This document shows positions 15,001 through 27,662 of a DNA stretch of 64,000 nucleotides, piece after piece. Positions within the stretch are counted from its first letter, which is position 1. Each line of letters opens with the position of its first letter. A program made the translations under genes and the position numbers. Source of the DNA: Lytechinus pictus (Eukaryota); contig NC_087250.1 of the NCBI RefSeq assembly GCF_037042905.1, forward strand, positions 24,306,001-24,370,000. Reading direction: 5' to 3'. Under the pieces are notes generated by a model that did not search any database, was not told the DNA's origin, and saw only the letters and a program-made list of their open reading frames with translations.

Positions 15001-17285
15001 TATTTATATATCGTTTTACCCAACCAACATGCATATTCCCATTTTACCAAATATTTGGTAAACCATTTTTAGAGTGTAATAAATGAAGTAATGATATTGC
15101 ATCGCGTATAAAAATGTAAGTAACAGTTCGCTACACAAATCGCAGCTCCTTGTTCGTGTAGTTAATAAAAAACATGAGAAAGCAAGTGTAGCTTTTATGC
15201 TATTTTCTTTTTTTTTATTTAAACATATTCGGGGGCTCTACGTTTAAAAAAGACTAAAACCAAGTAATATAATTATGCTAGCATGTTAATTACTCTACTA
15301 TCATGCATTCATATAGAAGCAAATTATGTGTACACTTTTGGTAAAATATCTATTTACATATTAAAAGGATTATACTATATATGTGCATGTACTGCATAGA
15401 AGGTTATACATGTAAACTTATACGGACCAGTAATGAGTTTTAATTTGTAGTAGAAGAGCCTAAACAGAATTCATTCATTGGTAACAATGAGGAAAATGCA
15501 ATGTACTATATAGGACCTATAGATAACTAATATAAGCATGGCAGTTCTCAAATTGAAAATGTACTCGAATAACTCAGCGTTAATAATAGACACGCAAATT
15601 TTTCCTTCTTCAGTTATTCAATACAAGGTAAAAACTACAAAAATTTAGGCCCATAGAATTTACAGGCGGATCTTAGGCCTAATGGTTAAATGATAGTCAT
15701 ATTGAATGAAGGTATTTATACTGTGCCGTTTCTACTATGTAGAAATAGTCTGCATGTATTAACAGAAACACTGTCATAATATATTTAAGATGATTAGACA
15801 TATAGGCCCGCGTTAAATAATTTTCATAGCAACTTAACAATAATGTCTGTAAATTTCTATATCAAATGCCTTGAATGAAATGCTCGTATACATTATTAAT
15901 CTTATAACATTTAAAATATATATGAACAATTATAGTTTCCTGCGTTTTAATAAATTGAATAATAAGATATATATATACCAATCTTTTCAAAATTGATTAT
16001 CATAGAATACAGTTTACATTTTGATTATGTCAGAGGTATTAGAGCAAACGTCCATGAGACCATTATTAACCTTTGAAAAAAAAATCCTAAAATGTATTAT
16101 AACTTTGCAAGGAGATCAAAACAAGATTTTAACATCCTTTTACAGTACCACTGTTTTATCACTGAAATTCTTAAACTAGATACAGTTAATTCATATCTAA
16201 GTAAAATGTTTTACTCAAATTACCACAGTTTATATTTTGATTATGTCTGAGGTATTGGAGCAAATTTTCTAAATGTCCATTACACATGTTAGATCATTAT
16301 CAACCTTTGAAAAATCATAAAAACTATTTTAACTTTGCTAGGATATTATAAATGTATATACGGGCATGCCAATCGATGCAAGAACATATAACAACACTAT
16401 CCAAAACAAGATTTGTATATCCTTGTCCAGTTTTGGGCTTATTCTTTAAATAAATATGTGTACAGTTAATTCATGTTTAAGTAAAATATATTACGTAAAA
16501 ATGATGACTGATGGCTGTTGCAATTCATACATAGTTGCATTTTACACCAAAATACCCCTACATACAGTAATATACTTACTGTACAAAATGTATCTTATAG
16601 TTTCAACATGTTTAAATAATGCGCTAGATCAATGTAGCTTTTATTTCACTTATTTTATTTCTCACAAGCCCCCCCCCCCCCCCCGAAAAAAAAAAAAAAA
16701 AAAAAATACAACATGTAAACAATCTTCAAATATTGTGAGACCATACATGGTGAGACTGTTGAAACCCTATGTAGGCCTACTCTTTTTTTATTTATTTATT
16801 TACACATTTCCACGAGTTGAACATTTTTTCATTGAAGTTTTAGTTTACAGCCAAATAGTAATAACAATGTGACAATTAAGTTTAATGCAACATTTGAAAT
16901 GCATGGAAGTGTGAGAACAAAATATACGTTTTCTCAAAACGTTAAACACTTTGTACAATAAAAAAGATGTAAATGATGACATTCGGAACGGTTTTACTCA
17001 AGTAGCATCACGTCTTCAAGCCTTGTCAATACTTGTGGTAACATACAATTATAATAAAAAGAAGAATATGAAACACATACTAAATGTACACAGGCCTATT
17101 ATTATAGAGCCCATGTATTCGTAAGGTGAAACAATTAAGCCAGTGTAATGATATGATACAAAAATAAGTACTGTAGGCCTATATATCAAATATTTACATT
17201 TTCACACATTAAAAATGAATATGCATTTCAGGCTTATGAGCTTCATCACGTTCAACGTGGATATTTTGTTGTAAGTATTGCATGC
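12045..17285. repeat. Degenerate local direct duplications of an AT-rich ~1.1-kb unit (three partial copies)
   Basis: ~12350-13720 aligns with ~13730-14830, and ~12045-12555 aligns with ~16575-17285 (shared e.g. cttcatcacgttcaacgt.gatattttgttgtaa). Confidence 0.8.
12604..12842. mobile_element. 239-bp CAC..GTG MITE, TA TSD confirmed by an empty paralogous site
   Basis: gactgTA|CACAGC...CAGTG|TAaagatatcc versus the empty site gactgTAaaaatatcc at ~13975-13990. Confidence 0.85.
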
Positions 17286-17319
17286 AATAGGCCTACTGCA
17301 AATTGGCAAAATCCAATAT

Positions 17320-18200
17320 GGCATCCAAAATATTGAAATTACCCATGAAAATCATAAAATTGTCCACACATTGGCTATAAAGTATATGCAATCGTGCTGC
17401 CGGAGTGAATACTCTCTGAAAAAATGATTCTTGACAAAATATTTGTTTTCTTGATATTCAAAATGGCCGCCATAGACCCCTGTACAATATGAATGGAGAA
17501 AAATAATTTTCACAAAGGTGAGCACTAAAATGCAAGTATATGATGATATGAGTCAGTGAAGTAATGTCTGAAAAGATGATTGCTAACGATATTTGTTATG
17601 TCATGTATGTAATAAATCCTGTATTTTCATATTTAAAATGGCCTCCAAAAGCCCTATTATGGACAATGTGAATGGGGATAAAAAAAAAATCACAAGAGTG
17701 AGTACTAAAGTGCATTTTCTTACGATAAACAAATGGAATACTGACTAAAAACATATTGTTAACGAAATTTATTATTTAACATGCCATGTATACATTTTGT
17801 ATGTTTATATCTAAAATGGCCGCGAAGGGCCCTAAAATTATAATTTACCACGTTAGAGAGGACAAAAACAATCACAAGGTGAGCGCTAAAACGCATGTTT
17901 TTGTGATAGATTAGTGGAATGCTGCCTTCAAATATAATTTTCAATGAAATATATTATTAAGGTTTCGTGTTTGTGTTAAATATTGTGTTTTGACTTCCAA
18001 GATGGCCACTAAAGAGAATGACTGTATCATGTACAATCGATCTGGGAAACTAATTTTCACAGGAGTCAGCACCATAACATGCATATAATTGTGATCTAAG
18101 AGTAAAATATTGTCTGAAAACATAATTTCTAACAAGATATATCATTTATTCTGCCAGGTAGGTGATAAATAATGTATTTTGAAAGTCAAAATGGCAAAAG
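17320..18200. repeat. Degenerate ~175-190-bp tandem repeat (AARATGGC motif)
   Basis: The motif recurs at ~17460, 17635, 17813, 17999 and 18189. A related reverse-oriented stretch lies at ~1635-1840. Confidence 0.65.
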
Positions 18201-18572
18201 CATCTCGTTTTGCCACCCCCCCCCCTAATTCCGTAGGTGCAAAAAAATGTAATGTTACACAGAAATCAGCAAATTAACCAAACACAACATAAAATTTAGT
18301 TTTTACATCTATAATACAGTACAAAAAGAAACAAATTGTTCACGAGAACTGAGGTAGCTCCTGAACCAATCCAAGGCCTTCCCATAAATACCATAATGTG
18401 AAAATTTATATCATGGCTGATCGTGTCGAAGGCCTTGGAAAGGTCCAGGAATATACCAACAGTATGTAATGACTTATCGACGGCACATGCCACCTTATCA
18501 ATAAAAGAAAGTAAAGCATGAACAGTTGAATGTTTTTTTTTTGTTTTTTTCATGAAACCGAACTGAGATTCA

Positions 18573-18972
18573 CGCATACATTCGTAATTCCGAAGCTTCG
18601 TTATTCCGAAGGTTCGGATATTCCGAAGGTTCGCATTTCCGAAGGTTCGTTAGTCCGAAAACGAAATGAGGTTCGTAATTCCGAAGGTTCGATGGTCCGA
18701 AAACGAAATGAGGTTCGTTATTCCGAAGGTTCGTTAGTCCGAAAACTAAGTGATTAACGAACCTTATTTCGTTTTCGGATTAACGAACCTTATTTTGTTT
18801 TCGGATTATCAAACCTTCGGAATAACGAACCTTCGGAATAACGCCACAAATGTTCGGATTAACGAACCCTTTTACGTTTTCGGATTAACGAACATTGAGG
18901 TATAGGCAATTTACGTGTTTCGGAATTACGAACCTTCGCAATAAAGAACCTTCGGAATTACGAAGTGTAACC
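18573..18972. mobile_element. Foldback MITE of TTCCGAAGGTTCG repeats with 8-bp TSD
   Basis: GAGATTCA at 18565-18572 and 18973-18980; the internal repeats switch orientation at ~18755. Confidence 0.75.
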
Positions 18973-20495
18973 GAGATTCACATATTTGACAGTCGGTTAA
19001 AAATTTGATTAAGCGTGAGTACATTATCTTTTCTAGTAACTTTGAAAGGGAAGTGAGAAGTGAAATTGGACGATAGTTGCAAACTTCTCGTTACTCATCT
19101 TTTTTTTAAAGACGGGTATAACTTTTGCTACTTTCATATTACAAGGAACAACTCCATTTTACAATATATGTCAAAGGTGTGAGCATTTCATAAAGTACAT
19201 TTTTCAAAAGGAAATTTGCTATAATCACTACCAGGACTCTTATTACATTTCAAATTATTTACAATATCTTTATTTTCGTATTCAAGTATAGGGGCAAATA
19301 AAATAGATTGCTTATTAGGATTCTTTAAAAAGATGTATATATTCTTTATCAGCTCATGGCAGTGATTCATTGAGAGGTTAGTACCAATTTGAACAAAGTA
19401 ATGATTACACAACTCAGCTATTTCAGCAGGACCTTCGATTTCTGTGTGTGTGAGATTTCTTTTGTTGGTTCGGATTTTTTGTTTGATCGTAGGACCTTGT
19501 TTATCACCCTCCACGTACTCGAAAATATCATTCTTGTGTCTTGTTAAATTGATCAGAAAAATACATTTTTTTGGGGGCAAGACGTAAGGAAGTTGTCAGT
19601 AAATACGATATTTAATATATTTCACTTTAAATTTATCATTACCGGGCTGTTTCGTATATTTGCAAAAAAAAAAATGTTTTTACGGTTGATAGACTTAAGG
19701 AGATATTTAGAGATCCAGGTCTGGGGAGTCTAGTACTGTGGGGTGTTGCAAGATTCTTGTGATCAATTGCAAGTCAATTTTTGGTCCCTAAATCAATCAT
19801 AATCATGTCTTGCAGTTAATTGCAAATTAGTGATGGAATGCTATAATTTGCTCCTTGAAACAAAAAGTTTAATCTGATTTGGTACAACTAACGTTGATCT
19901 TTCAGTTGTATATTTGCGATCAATCGCAAATATATTCTTGCAACACCCCCCCCCCCCCCGGGGGGGGGGGGGCAATAAGAATATAATGCATAGTGGGTAT
20001 GTGCCGCGGAGGGGACCCCCATTTTTACATTCAAATTTCCGTTCCAAGGCATAGCATTTTGTTACCTCGGGCGAAGTTCGTGCAGGCTCCACTCCACTTC
20101 ACTACCGCTACACTACGCTCCACCTACCCGAACTTCGGAACGGTGAACCAATTCGGATATACCGAGTCACAAAGGTCGGATGGCAATCATGTTTATTGTA
20201 AAAATAAAAGAAAAATATTATAACGCGAAAGATTTCAAAATGTTTTGAAATCGGCCGTGAGTAATACGTGTGATACTGGCCCAAAATCACAATTTTTTAG
20301 GATAACCGGATGATGGACACGGAGTGAAATACGGGTGTATAGAGTAAGATATTAAGTCATTCATCTTTCTCGTTATATATATTTTTTTATTTTTTACGAT
20401 AAACATGATTGCCATCATACCTTTGTGACTCGGTATATCCGAATTGGTTCACTGTCCCGAAGTTCGGGTAGACCTGTGGAGCGTAGTGAAGCGGT

Positions 20496-20678
20496 TAGTC
20501 TACAAATGTAGACCCACATCTGCAGTGTGTGTGCCACAGCTGATTCAAGGAGTCTGCATAGCAGACTAGGTCTACTGTAGCTGCTGAAATGGCTCGCTTC
20601 GCTTGCCCTTTCAGGCTGGTTTGCGAAGCAAACCAGCAGCCCACTTCACGAGCCATTCAGAGTCTGCATAGCAGACTA
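20496..20678. mobile_element. Short TAGTCT..AGACTA element with 9-bp TSD
   Basis: Flanks tgaagcggt / tgtagcggt (one mismatch); same terminal hexamer as the 55512-63425 element. Confidence 0.65.
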
Positions 20679-20692
20679 TGTAGCGGTAGTGA

Positions 20693-21744
20693 CAGTGGCG
20701 TTCCGCGGGACACGGCATGGGGGGGGGGGCGGGGCACCAGCAAAAAATTTGAGTCACTTAATGAGCGCGCTGTTGCCTGGTATACTGACCTAATAGAGAC
20801 ATTTTAAAGACAGTGCCATTAAACGGATATATAGGTGTGTCACTGTCAAATAATGCGAGCGCGAAGCGCGGGCTGAAAATGTTTGATATTCAGACCTAGA
20901 AAGGGACATTATAAGCGTATTTTTATTATCATGTTACGTACCGGTCTCGCTTAACAAACAGTATGAGCACGAAGCACAAGCTGAAATTTTTGTATATATT
21001 GACCCCAAACAGGGACATTTTAAAGACTATCTTTTAGGAATCCATTAAGAGTACATATTTCACCATAGTCATCTAATGCGAGTGCCAAGCGCTTGCTGAT
21101 TTGATTAGAATTACATCTTAACACATGAATCACCTTTTTTGTAGTCATTGTAATCATGATTATCATACGCATCTCACTAATCAAATATTGCGAGCGCGAA
21201 GCGCGAGCTGAAAATACAGGAAATTCAGACCTGAAGAGGGGCATTCTACGGCTTGTTTGTAGGAATTCACTAAGACCATACGTATTTCACTAACCAACTG
21301 ATGCGAGCGCGGAGCGCGAGCTAAAAATTTTTGATATTCAGATTAAAAAAAAACCGGGACATTTTAAGAACTGATTTTAGGAATTCATGAAGAGCAGTCA
21401 TCTCACCAATCCTTTAATGCAAACGAAAGCACGGACAGGAAATTTTTAAAATTAAGACCTTAAAATATTTGATCTATTATATCTACTTATAATCTAGTTA
21501 AACTGAAAATGCGGGCATCAGGAACAATAAAGGCCCTGAGAAATTATGTTTCATAAAGTTATGAAAAAATGGTTTTTATGTAATACAGTAACGTAACATA
21601 ATTATAATATAACATTATAATTTCTTCTTTCCCACTGCGTTTCTTTTCCTTTCTCCATCCTTTATCCCTTTTTCCCCGTTTTTTTTGCCAGCCGATGGGG
21701 GGGGGGGGGGCACGTGCCCCCCCCCTCCCGTAGTTACGCCACTG
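20693..21744. mobile_element. hAT-like non-autonomous element with 8-bp TSD
   Basis: CAGTGGCG...CGCCACTG flanked by perfect GGTAGTGA at 20685-20692 and 21745-21752. Confidence 0.82.
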
Positions 21745-23759
21745 GGTAGTGAAGTGGAGTGGAACCTGCACGAACTTCGCTCGAGGTAAGCATTTTGTAT
21801 TATTGAGAAAAAGAACAAAGAAAGCCCCTCCAAAGCTTCGCTTATTTTCCGTTACGCTGTTACGGTCGCATTGATAAGCTACAATGAGTCGCAATTTTGG
21901 TGAAAAACGGCCGCAGAGCGCTGTCCGACTATCACCTCTGCGCTAGCGCACCCGGCGGCCGTGCCGGGCTATAGCTGCATGCACGTATGCCTGTTCCATA
22001 GGGATGCATATAATACGCACTCACATGCAGGCGACCCGCTCCAAGGACCCCCGTTTTCACAAACATTTGTAGTTCCGAAGCCCGTTCCGAGGACCCTCCT
22101 TTTTACAATAACCCCGCTCCAAGGCCCCTGTTTTTTGTCTCGCCCGCGGCACATACCTACTACTTTTTTGGTTGAGTAGGCCCCCGGGGGCAACACCCCT
22201 TAGGTGTCTTTTTATATGTGGAGCAGGACAACTTCTTAAGGGGAATTGTAGCGTTCTAAGTAGACATAGAAAGATCCAAGAATTTGTCAAAACAAATATC
22301 CGAGTCTTGAATGTTGTAAATGACGCTCCGCCACTGAATGATATTCCAGTCGATCTCAGTTAATCTCTCCCTAAGTCTATTTAAATATTCTTCTTAAAAG
22401 TTTCGAAAAATCATTGATGCAGATTTTTTGTTATCTCTGCGGGAAAAACAATTCATTGTTATCTCTGCCGATCTCAGTTAATCTTTCCCTAAGTCTACTT
22501 AATTTTTTTTTTTTTTTTTTTCGAACACTGATTGATGCAGATTTATCATCTCTGCCGAAAAACACCTCAACGAAAATAGGGAAATGGTCTGACAAATCAG
22601 ACACCAAAATGCCAGATGACGTATTAGATGAACTATTTACAAAAATATTATCTATCAAAGTTGACGACAAGTCTGTAATTCTAATTGGTTTGGTAATTGA
22701 GGGTATACAAAAGAGTTAGATAACATGACATTAAGAAATTCTTGACAAGAAGAAACAGTATTACAATGCATAAATCCAGATTGAAGTCTCCCATAAAAAA
22801 GACAATCTTGTTAAGAACGGGAAACGACAGTAAGTTTTGGACACTATCAAAAAACAAAAAAAAATTGAGTGTTACCTTTTGGGGGCCTGCATATTTCACC
22901 AACAACCATTTGTTTCTTGTCAGGCATTTTAATTTGAATAAAAATACATTCAATAACATCAGGCATTTTGTTTAGCTCTGTTAGTCTCTAACTTTTAAAT
23001 TATTAGATACGTAAAACCCGACCCCTTGCCCCTCTTGTATGTTCTCTGTTTGATAAAAGAAGGTAAACCCATCAAATAGAAACAAGAGTGTATTGAAAAT
23101 CATTCAGTTAGGCCTCAGATAAACCAACAACATAGTAACCATAATTGAGGTGATGAATAAAACAATGAAAGTGATCCACATTCTTATCGAGACTTCTCAC
23201 AGTACGGTGCACAAGGTATACCGATAACAGGGGCCGCGGAAACGGGAGGGGGGCTTCAGCCCCCCACTTTTTTCCAAAACCGTGTACAAAAACGCAAAAA
23301 TTACCATACGATTGTGATTTTTTGCATGGTCAGCCCCCCCCCTCACTTTGAAAACCGTTCCGCGGCCCTGGATGACGTCAACTGAAAGGTATCTAGAAGG
23401 GGGGGGGGGTACATGTAAACAAGAGTTGTAATGTGATTATTGCTAATGGTGTTTGTTACCAGCCTATGCGAGGGTACATCTTTGGAATCTAATTCTAAGT
23501 CAAGTATATAAAGATCGGGTATTTGGAGGTTTAAATTCGAGCAACCATCAAGAAGAAAAGACTGTGTAAGGCAGTAATAGTATAACGATATGCGATAAAA
23601 AGTGACTAACATAATTATAAACGCAGTAAAAAAGAATTGATTTCAAACCAAGAAGTAATAAGAATGGCAATTTCAAGCAGACACAAAGTACATGTAGAGA
23701 GAAAATACATTTCAAGACGCACTGACTGAACAATAGGCCCCCGGAAATAGGCCCACCTA

Positions 23760-23971
23760 AGTACCAATATTAGCGGACAAGTAGCTCACTGACGGTGTTA
23801 AGAAACGGGCGGGGCGCGCCGGCCCCAGCAGGCATAGATAATAATATAGATAATAAAACTAGCAAGGGTCGCCCACAATTCGATATCCAATTGGTCTCTT
23901 ATATTGTGACGTCATTTGACGTACTTTTTGAGTGACCGCGCTGCCCGGGATTGACTGCACAGCACTAAACT
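23760..23971 (+). promoter_or_regulatory. Candidate proximal promoter of the downstream calponin-family gene
   Basis: CCAAT (23764, 23887), GC box GGGCGGGG (23807-23814) and CRE TGACGTCA (23907-23914) cluster in apparently non-repetitive DNA. It would sit ~150 bp from the ATG if 23972-26531 were removed. Confidence 0.4.
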
Positions 23972-26531
23972 CAGTGGCGGATCCAGGGGGGTGGCGCAGG
24001 GGGCGCGCGCCCCCCCCCCCTAATATTTGAGCGGCGCCGAAGGCGCTGCTCAAAAAAAATAAAAGTAAAGTAAAAGAAAGAAAAGGCGCTGCTTGAAAAA
24101 ATAAAGGAAAGAAAAGAAAAGGCGCCGCTTAAAAAATTATACACTGATATAATATTAGCAACAGTAAGGAAAGACTATCCCCCAGCAAAGCACAATCTTA
24201 TCATCTTCCTTATCTTTTCTTTTAACTACCCTTTTCCCAACAACTTCGCCGGTTGAAAATAATCAGCAGTGCGCTGCCTGCATATAACTGGCGCCAACTG
24301 AATCAAGAATAATCAGCACCACCTTAATCTAAATCGGCGCCGGACAAGAATAATCAGCGCCATTTGGTTATAAATCGGCGCCAGTCGAGAAAAATCGGCA
24401 CTGCCAGAGTCTTAACCGGCGCCAATCAAGGATAATCAGCGCCACCTATATCTAAATCGGGGCTGGTCAAGAATAATCAGCGCCATCTGGTTATAATTCG
24501 GCGCTGCCTGAGTCTTAACCGGCGCCGATCAAGAATAATCAGCTCCACCTAAATCTAAATCGGCGCCGGACAAGAATGATCAGCACCACCTGGTTAAAAA
24601 TCGGCGCCAGTCAAGAATAATCGGCGCCTCCTGGTTCTAAATCGGCGCCAGTCAATTATGAATTGCCGCTGCCTGAATCTTACGTGACGTCGGTAAAAAT
24701 AATTAGCACTACTTGTTCTAAATCGGCGCCGGTCAAGAATGATCAGCGTCCCCTGGTTCCAGTAAATAGGCGCCGGTAGAATAATGAAGAAGGGCCTATT
24801 GCCAACCAAATCTAGATCGACGCCGGTCAAGAATGATCAGCGGCACCTGGTTATACATTTTATTGTTGAATGGTCATAACAAAGCTTATCGCATGCCCTT
24901 ACAGAGTGGACTGGGGCGGGGCAGTTGCCCACAGAATGACAGATGTCATGAAATCTTTGATTTATTAAAAAAATCCCAGAATCATACAAAAGCGTAGAGC
25001 AAATCCTTTAATTTAGATCTTATTTTCCAATGTTTAATTAAAAGAAGGTCAGTCACTTTTCTTCTTTACACATTCCACATTGTACCACCTCTATGGCCTT
25101 TAGTTTAAGACAGCTACTATAGTGTTTTATGAAGATGATTCGATATTTTAGCCCAAAACTTTGCTAAAACCCGTTGCTAGTACCAGGAGTGTATAATTAC
25201 GCAACCAGTCGTATATTGAGATTGAGCTACACAACTCGTTCTTTATTTAAAATCGTGCTTAAATTATCCGCTTCTCAGATTGGAATATAAAAATTTTCAG
25301 CTCGCGCTTCGCGCTCGCATCATTTCTGTAGCAAAACTCCATGCTTTTCATGATTAAATAGGTGAATAGAATGTCCCGTTTTCAGTTCTAAACGTCAAAA
25401 GAACTCCCGCCTCGATTTGCAATAATCTTTTGCTGGATATAACCTTGTTCTTTATTACAAACGTCCATTAAACTGTCATTTTTTCAGATCGAAATATCAA
25501 AATTTTAAGCTGGCGCTTCGCGCTCGCATCTATTTTTTTTTTTAGATACCCATCTTAATCATTGGTACCAAAAATGCATAGAATATCAAGGTTTCTGGTC
25601 AGAGTATAAAGAAATTTCAGCTCGGCACTCGCATTATCTGTGTAGTGAGATATGTATCCTCCTCATGAGTTACTACAAACAGTCCTAAACAGGCACCTTT
25701 TTCCTGTTTTCAGGTCAGTATACTAAAAAATTTCAGCTCGCGCTTCGCGCTCGCATTAATTTGTTGGTGAGATATGTGTTTCTATCTCATGAGTCATATA
25801 AATATATATATATATATATGCATATGTGTGTGTGTTTGTGTGAGTTTGTTTGTTTTGTGTGATATCGAGCGCCTTTGGAAAGTTGATTCATGATTTTGCC
25901 CCCCAAATCTTAAAAAAAGGATCGACGCCCCTGTGTGTATATATATATATACATATAGTAAAGAAAAACTTGTATCTCTATTAATATGCAAAGGTATTGG
26001 CCTCATCGCAATAAAAGGGTTAATACACGATATTTTGAAATCGCACAAAACATGCATAATTTGTGTTACTTTTTGCTTGTTTCTTTCTTTAATAAGTTTT
26101 TCAAACTCTCTCTATATATGTTGTAGAAAGATTATATGTTTAAATTGATGTATATTTTCTGTTATAATGAGATGTGTTTAAGTGGACTTCAGGGAATGGT
26201 CGTACGCAGGAAGGGGGGGGGGCACATTTGCGATATGCTGTTGTGAAAAACAATTTTTTTCCTTAACATTTCAGGAAAACTATGAAAAATGTGCAAATGT
26301 GAGATGTGCACCAAATTTTTGAGTCTTGCCCCCCCCCCGGAAATATTATCTGCGTGTGGTCATGCAAAATGGCATGACTGGAAATCCTACATTTTGAAAA
26401 GAGCATTTGACATGGTCAGACTTTACCCCTTTTTCAACATTTTATTTTATGGCGCCGTTGAAGTGCAAAAATATGTGCGCCGCTCGGCAGTGCGCCCCCC
26501 CCCCTTTCGCCAAAAGCTGGATCCGCCTATG
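23972..26531. mobile_element. Composite CA..TG element with 5-bp TSD (hAT5-like)
   Basis: CAGTGGCGGATCCAG...CTGGATCCGCCTATG flanked by AAACT on both sides. Its right ~1.3 kb recurs inverted at ~59817-61155. Confidence 0.6.
24270..24855. repeat. Degenerate ~37-40-bp minisatellite
   Basis: Repeats of approximately cggcgccagtcaagaataatcagcgccacctggttataaat, with no unique spacers. Confidence 0.8.
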
Positions 26532-26680
26532 AAACTACAGCTGGGAGCCGAGCGAACAGTTATCGTCACGCACACCCTCGGTATAACACACATCTCCACA
26601 CATCAACGGTACTGACTTGACCAGACAGACCTACATAATTATACTGAATCTAAATTCACAAAGAAGGAAGGAAAATCACC

Positions 26681-26725
26681 ATGGCAAGCCGACCAAGGGG
26701 ATATGGAATGAATGCTGATTTGACG
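26681..26725 (+). CDS. Calponin/transgelin-family gene (downstream copy), coding exon 1
   Basis: caccATGG Kozak context; MASRPRGYGMNADLT resembles the family N-terminus (MA.R.P.YG); donor gtaag; phase 0. Confidence 0.88.
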
Positions 26726-27390
26726 GTAAGCTATCATGACTGCATGTACTATGGGCGGTTTTCTGTTGTATTTTTTTTTTTTTTTTTCCCCGAAATTCTC
26801 AATAAAAATATAAAATGTACAAATGAACATATAAAAGCAAAGTATAAAAAAATAACAAATTAGAACAGATATATACAAAGAAACAACAATATGAGATAGA
26901 CATGAGAAATAGTGAAATCGGAAGGACATCCAGTTCAGTTCTGCCCATAGACAGTACTGTTCTTCCACGGGGTCCAATGATTAAAACACAAGTAATTAAG
27001 AAAATTATTACAAAAATCTCTTAGAACAAAAGGGGGAAATAGGGGACATGGGGGGAGGGGGTTCCAGTATCAAATTCAAAATACTCCATAGATCAGGGAG
27101 GAAGGCATTGAGCCTATGTAAGAAGACTTTGAGACTACAAGGGACCTTTAGATTTGCAGGGAGATTATTGAATTGATAAGCACCTCTGTACGAGAATGAA
27201 CGTTTACAATAATTTGTTTTAGGTTTTGCTCATATTAAATTTCCATGGGACCTGAGAGAATAATTATACTGGCTACTGGTATGTTGGAAAAATACTTTTA
27301 AATATTGAGGAGCAAGTTCATTTAAGGCCTTAAAGACCATTGTATTTAGATGACAACAACGTCTAGTTGATAATGTTTTCCAACCCAAAC

Positions 27391-27662
27391 CAGGGGCGGA
27401 TCCAGCTTTTTATAAAGGGGGGGGGGTTGGGGTGGTATGCGAGGGAGCGTAGCGACCGAGTCCAAGCGAGCGGAGCGAGCGAGGGGGGAGGGTGTGGGAG
27501 GGGGGTGTCCCCCCTCCCACAGTAGGGAAAATTTTTGAAAATCTGTGTGTGAAAATAAAATTACAAGTTTAAAAAAAAAGATAAGATTAAAAAAAATGGT
27601 CCCCGGATTTTTTTTTTGGGGGGGTTGCAACCCCCCCAACCCCCCCTCTAGATCCGCTTCTG
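27391..27662. mobile_element. CAGGGGCGGATC MITE with 5-bp TSD interrupting LINE ORF2
   Basis: caaac|CAGGGGCGGATCC...GATCCGCTTCTG|caaac. Confidence 0.75.

Larger units (their letters stand above)
20063..21788. mobile_element. TA..TA-ended non-autonomous DNA transposon with 10-bp TSD (AcademH- or MULE-like)
   Basis: TACCTCGGGCGAAGTTCGTGCAGG...CCTGCACGAACTTCGCTCGAGGTA flanked by AGCATTTTGT at 20053-20062 and 21789-21798. Confidence 0.8.
18296..23740 (-). mobile_element. Degenerate Crack/L2-group LINE fragmented by nested insertions
   Basis: RT remnants (SQFGF, HSTVHALL, GIFLDLSKAFDTISH; KSPGSD) at 18296-19580 and APE remnants (FMGDFNLDL, STLIDNIF, SDHFPIF) at 22431-22959, all on the - strand. 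Confidence 0.8.

Noticed and set aside
5683..17944. Numerous 60-140 aa ORFs in the track
   Set aside because: Low-complexity or MITE-derived (poly-G/C, Phe/Ile/Lys-rich), often with non-ATG starts and no recognisable domains or splice support.
23896..23906. CArG box (SRF site) expected for a muscle gene
   Set aside because: The sequence ctcttatattg does not fit CC(A/T)6GG.
24270..24855. Regularly spaced CGGCGCC repeats as a CRISPR-like or coding repeat
   Set aside because: The whole unit is repeated and degenerate; it is a minisatellite inside a TE.
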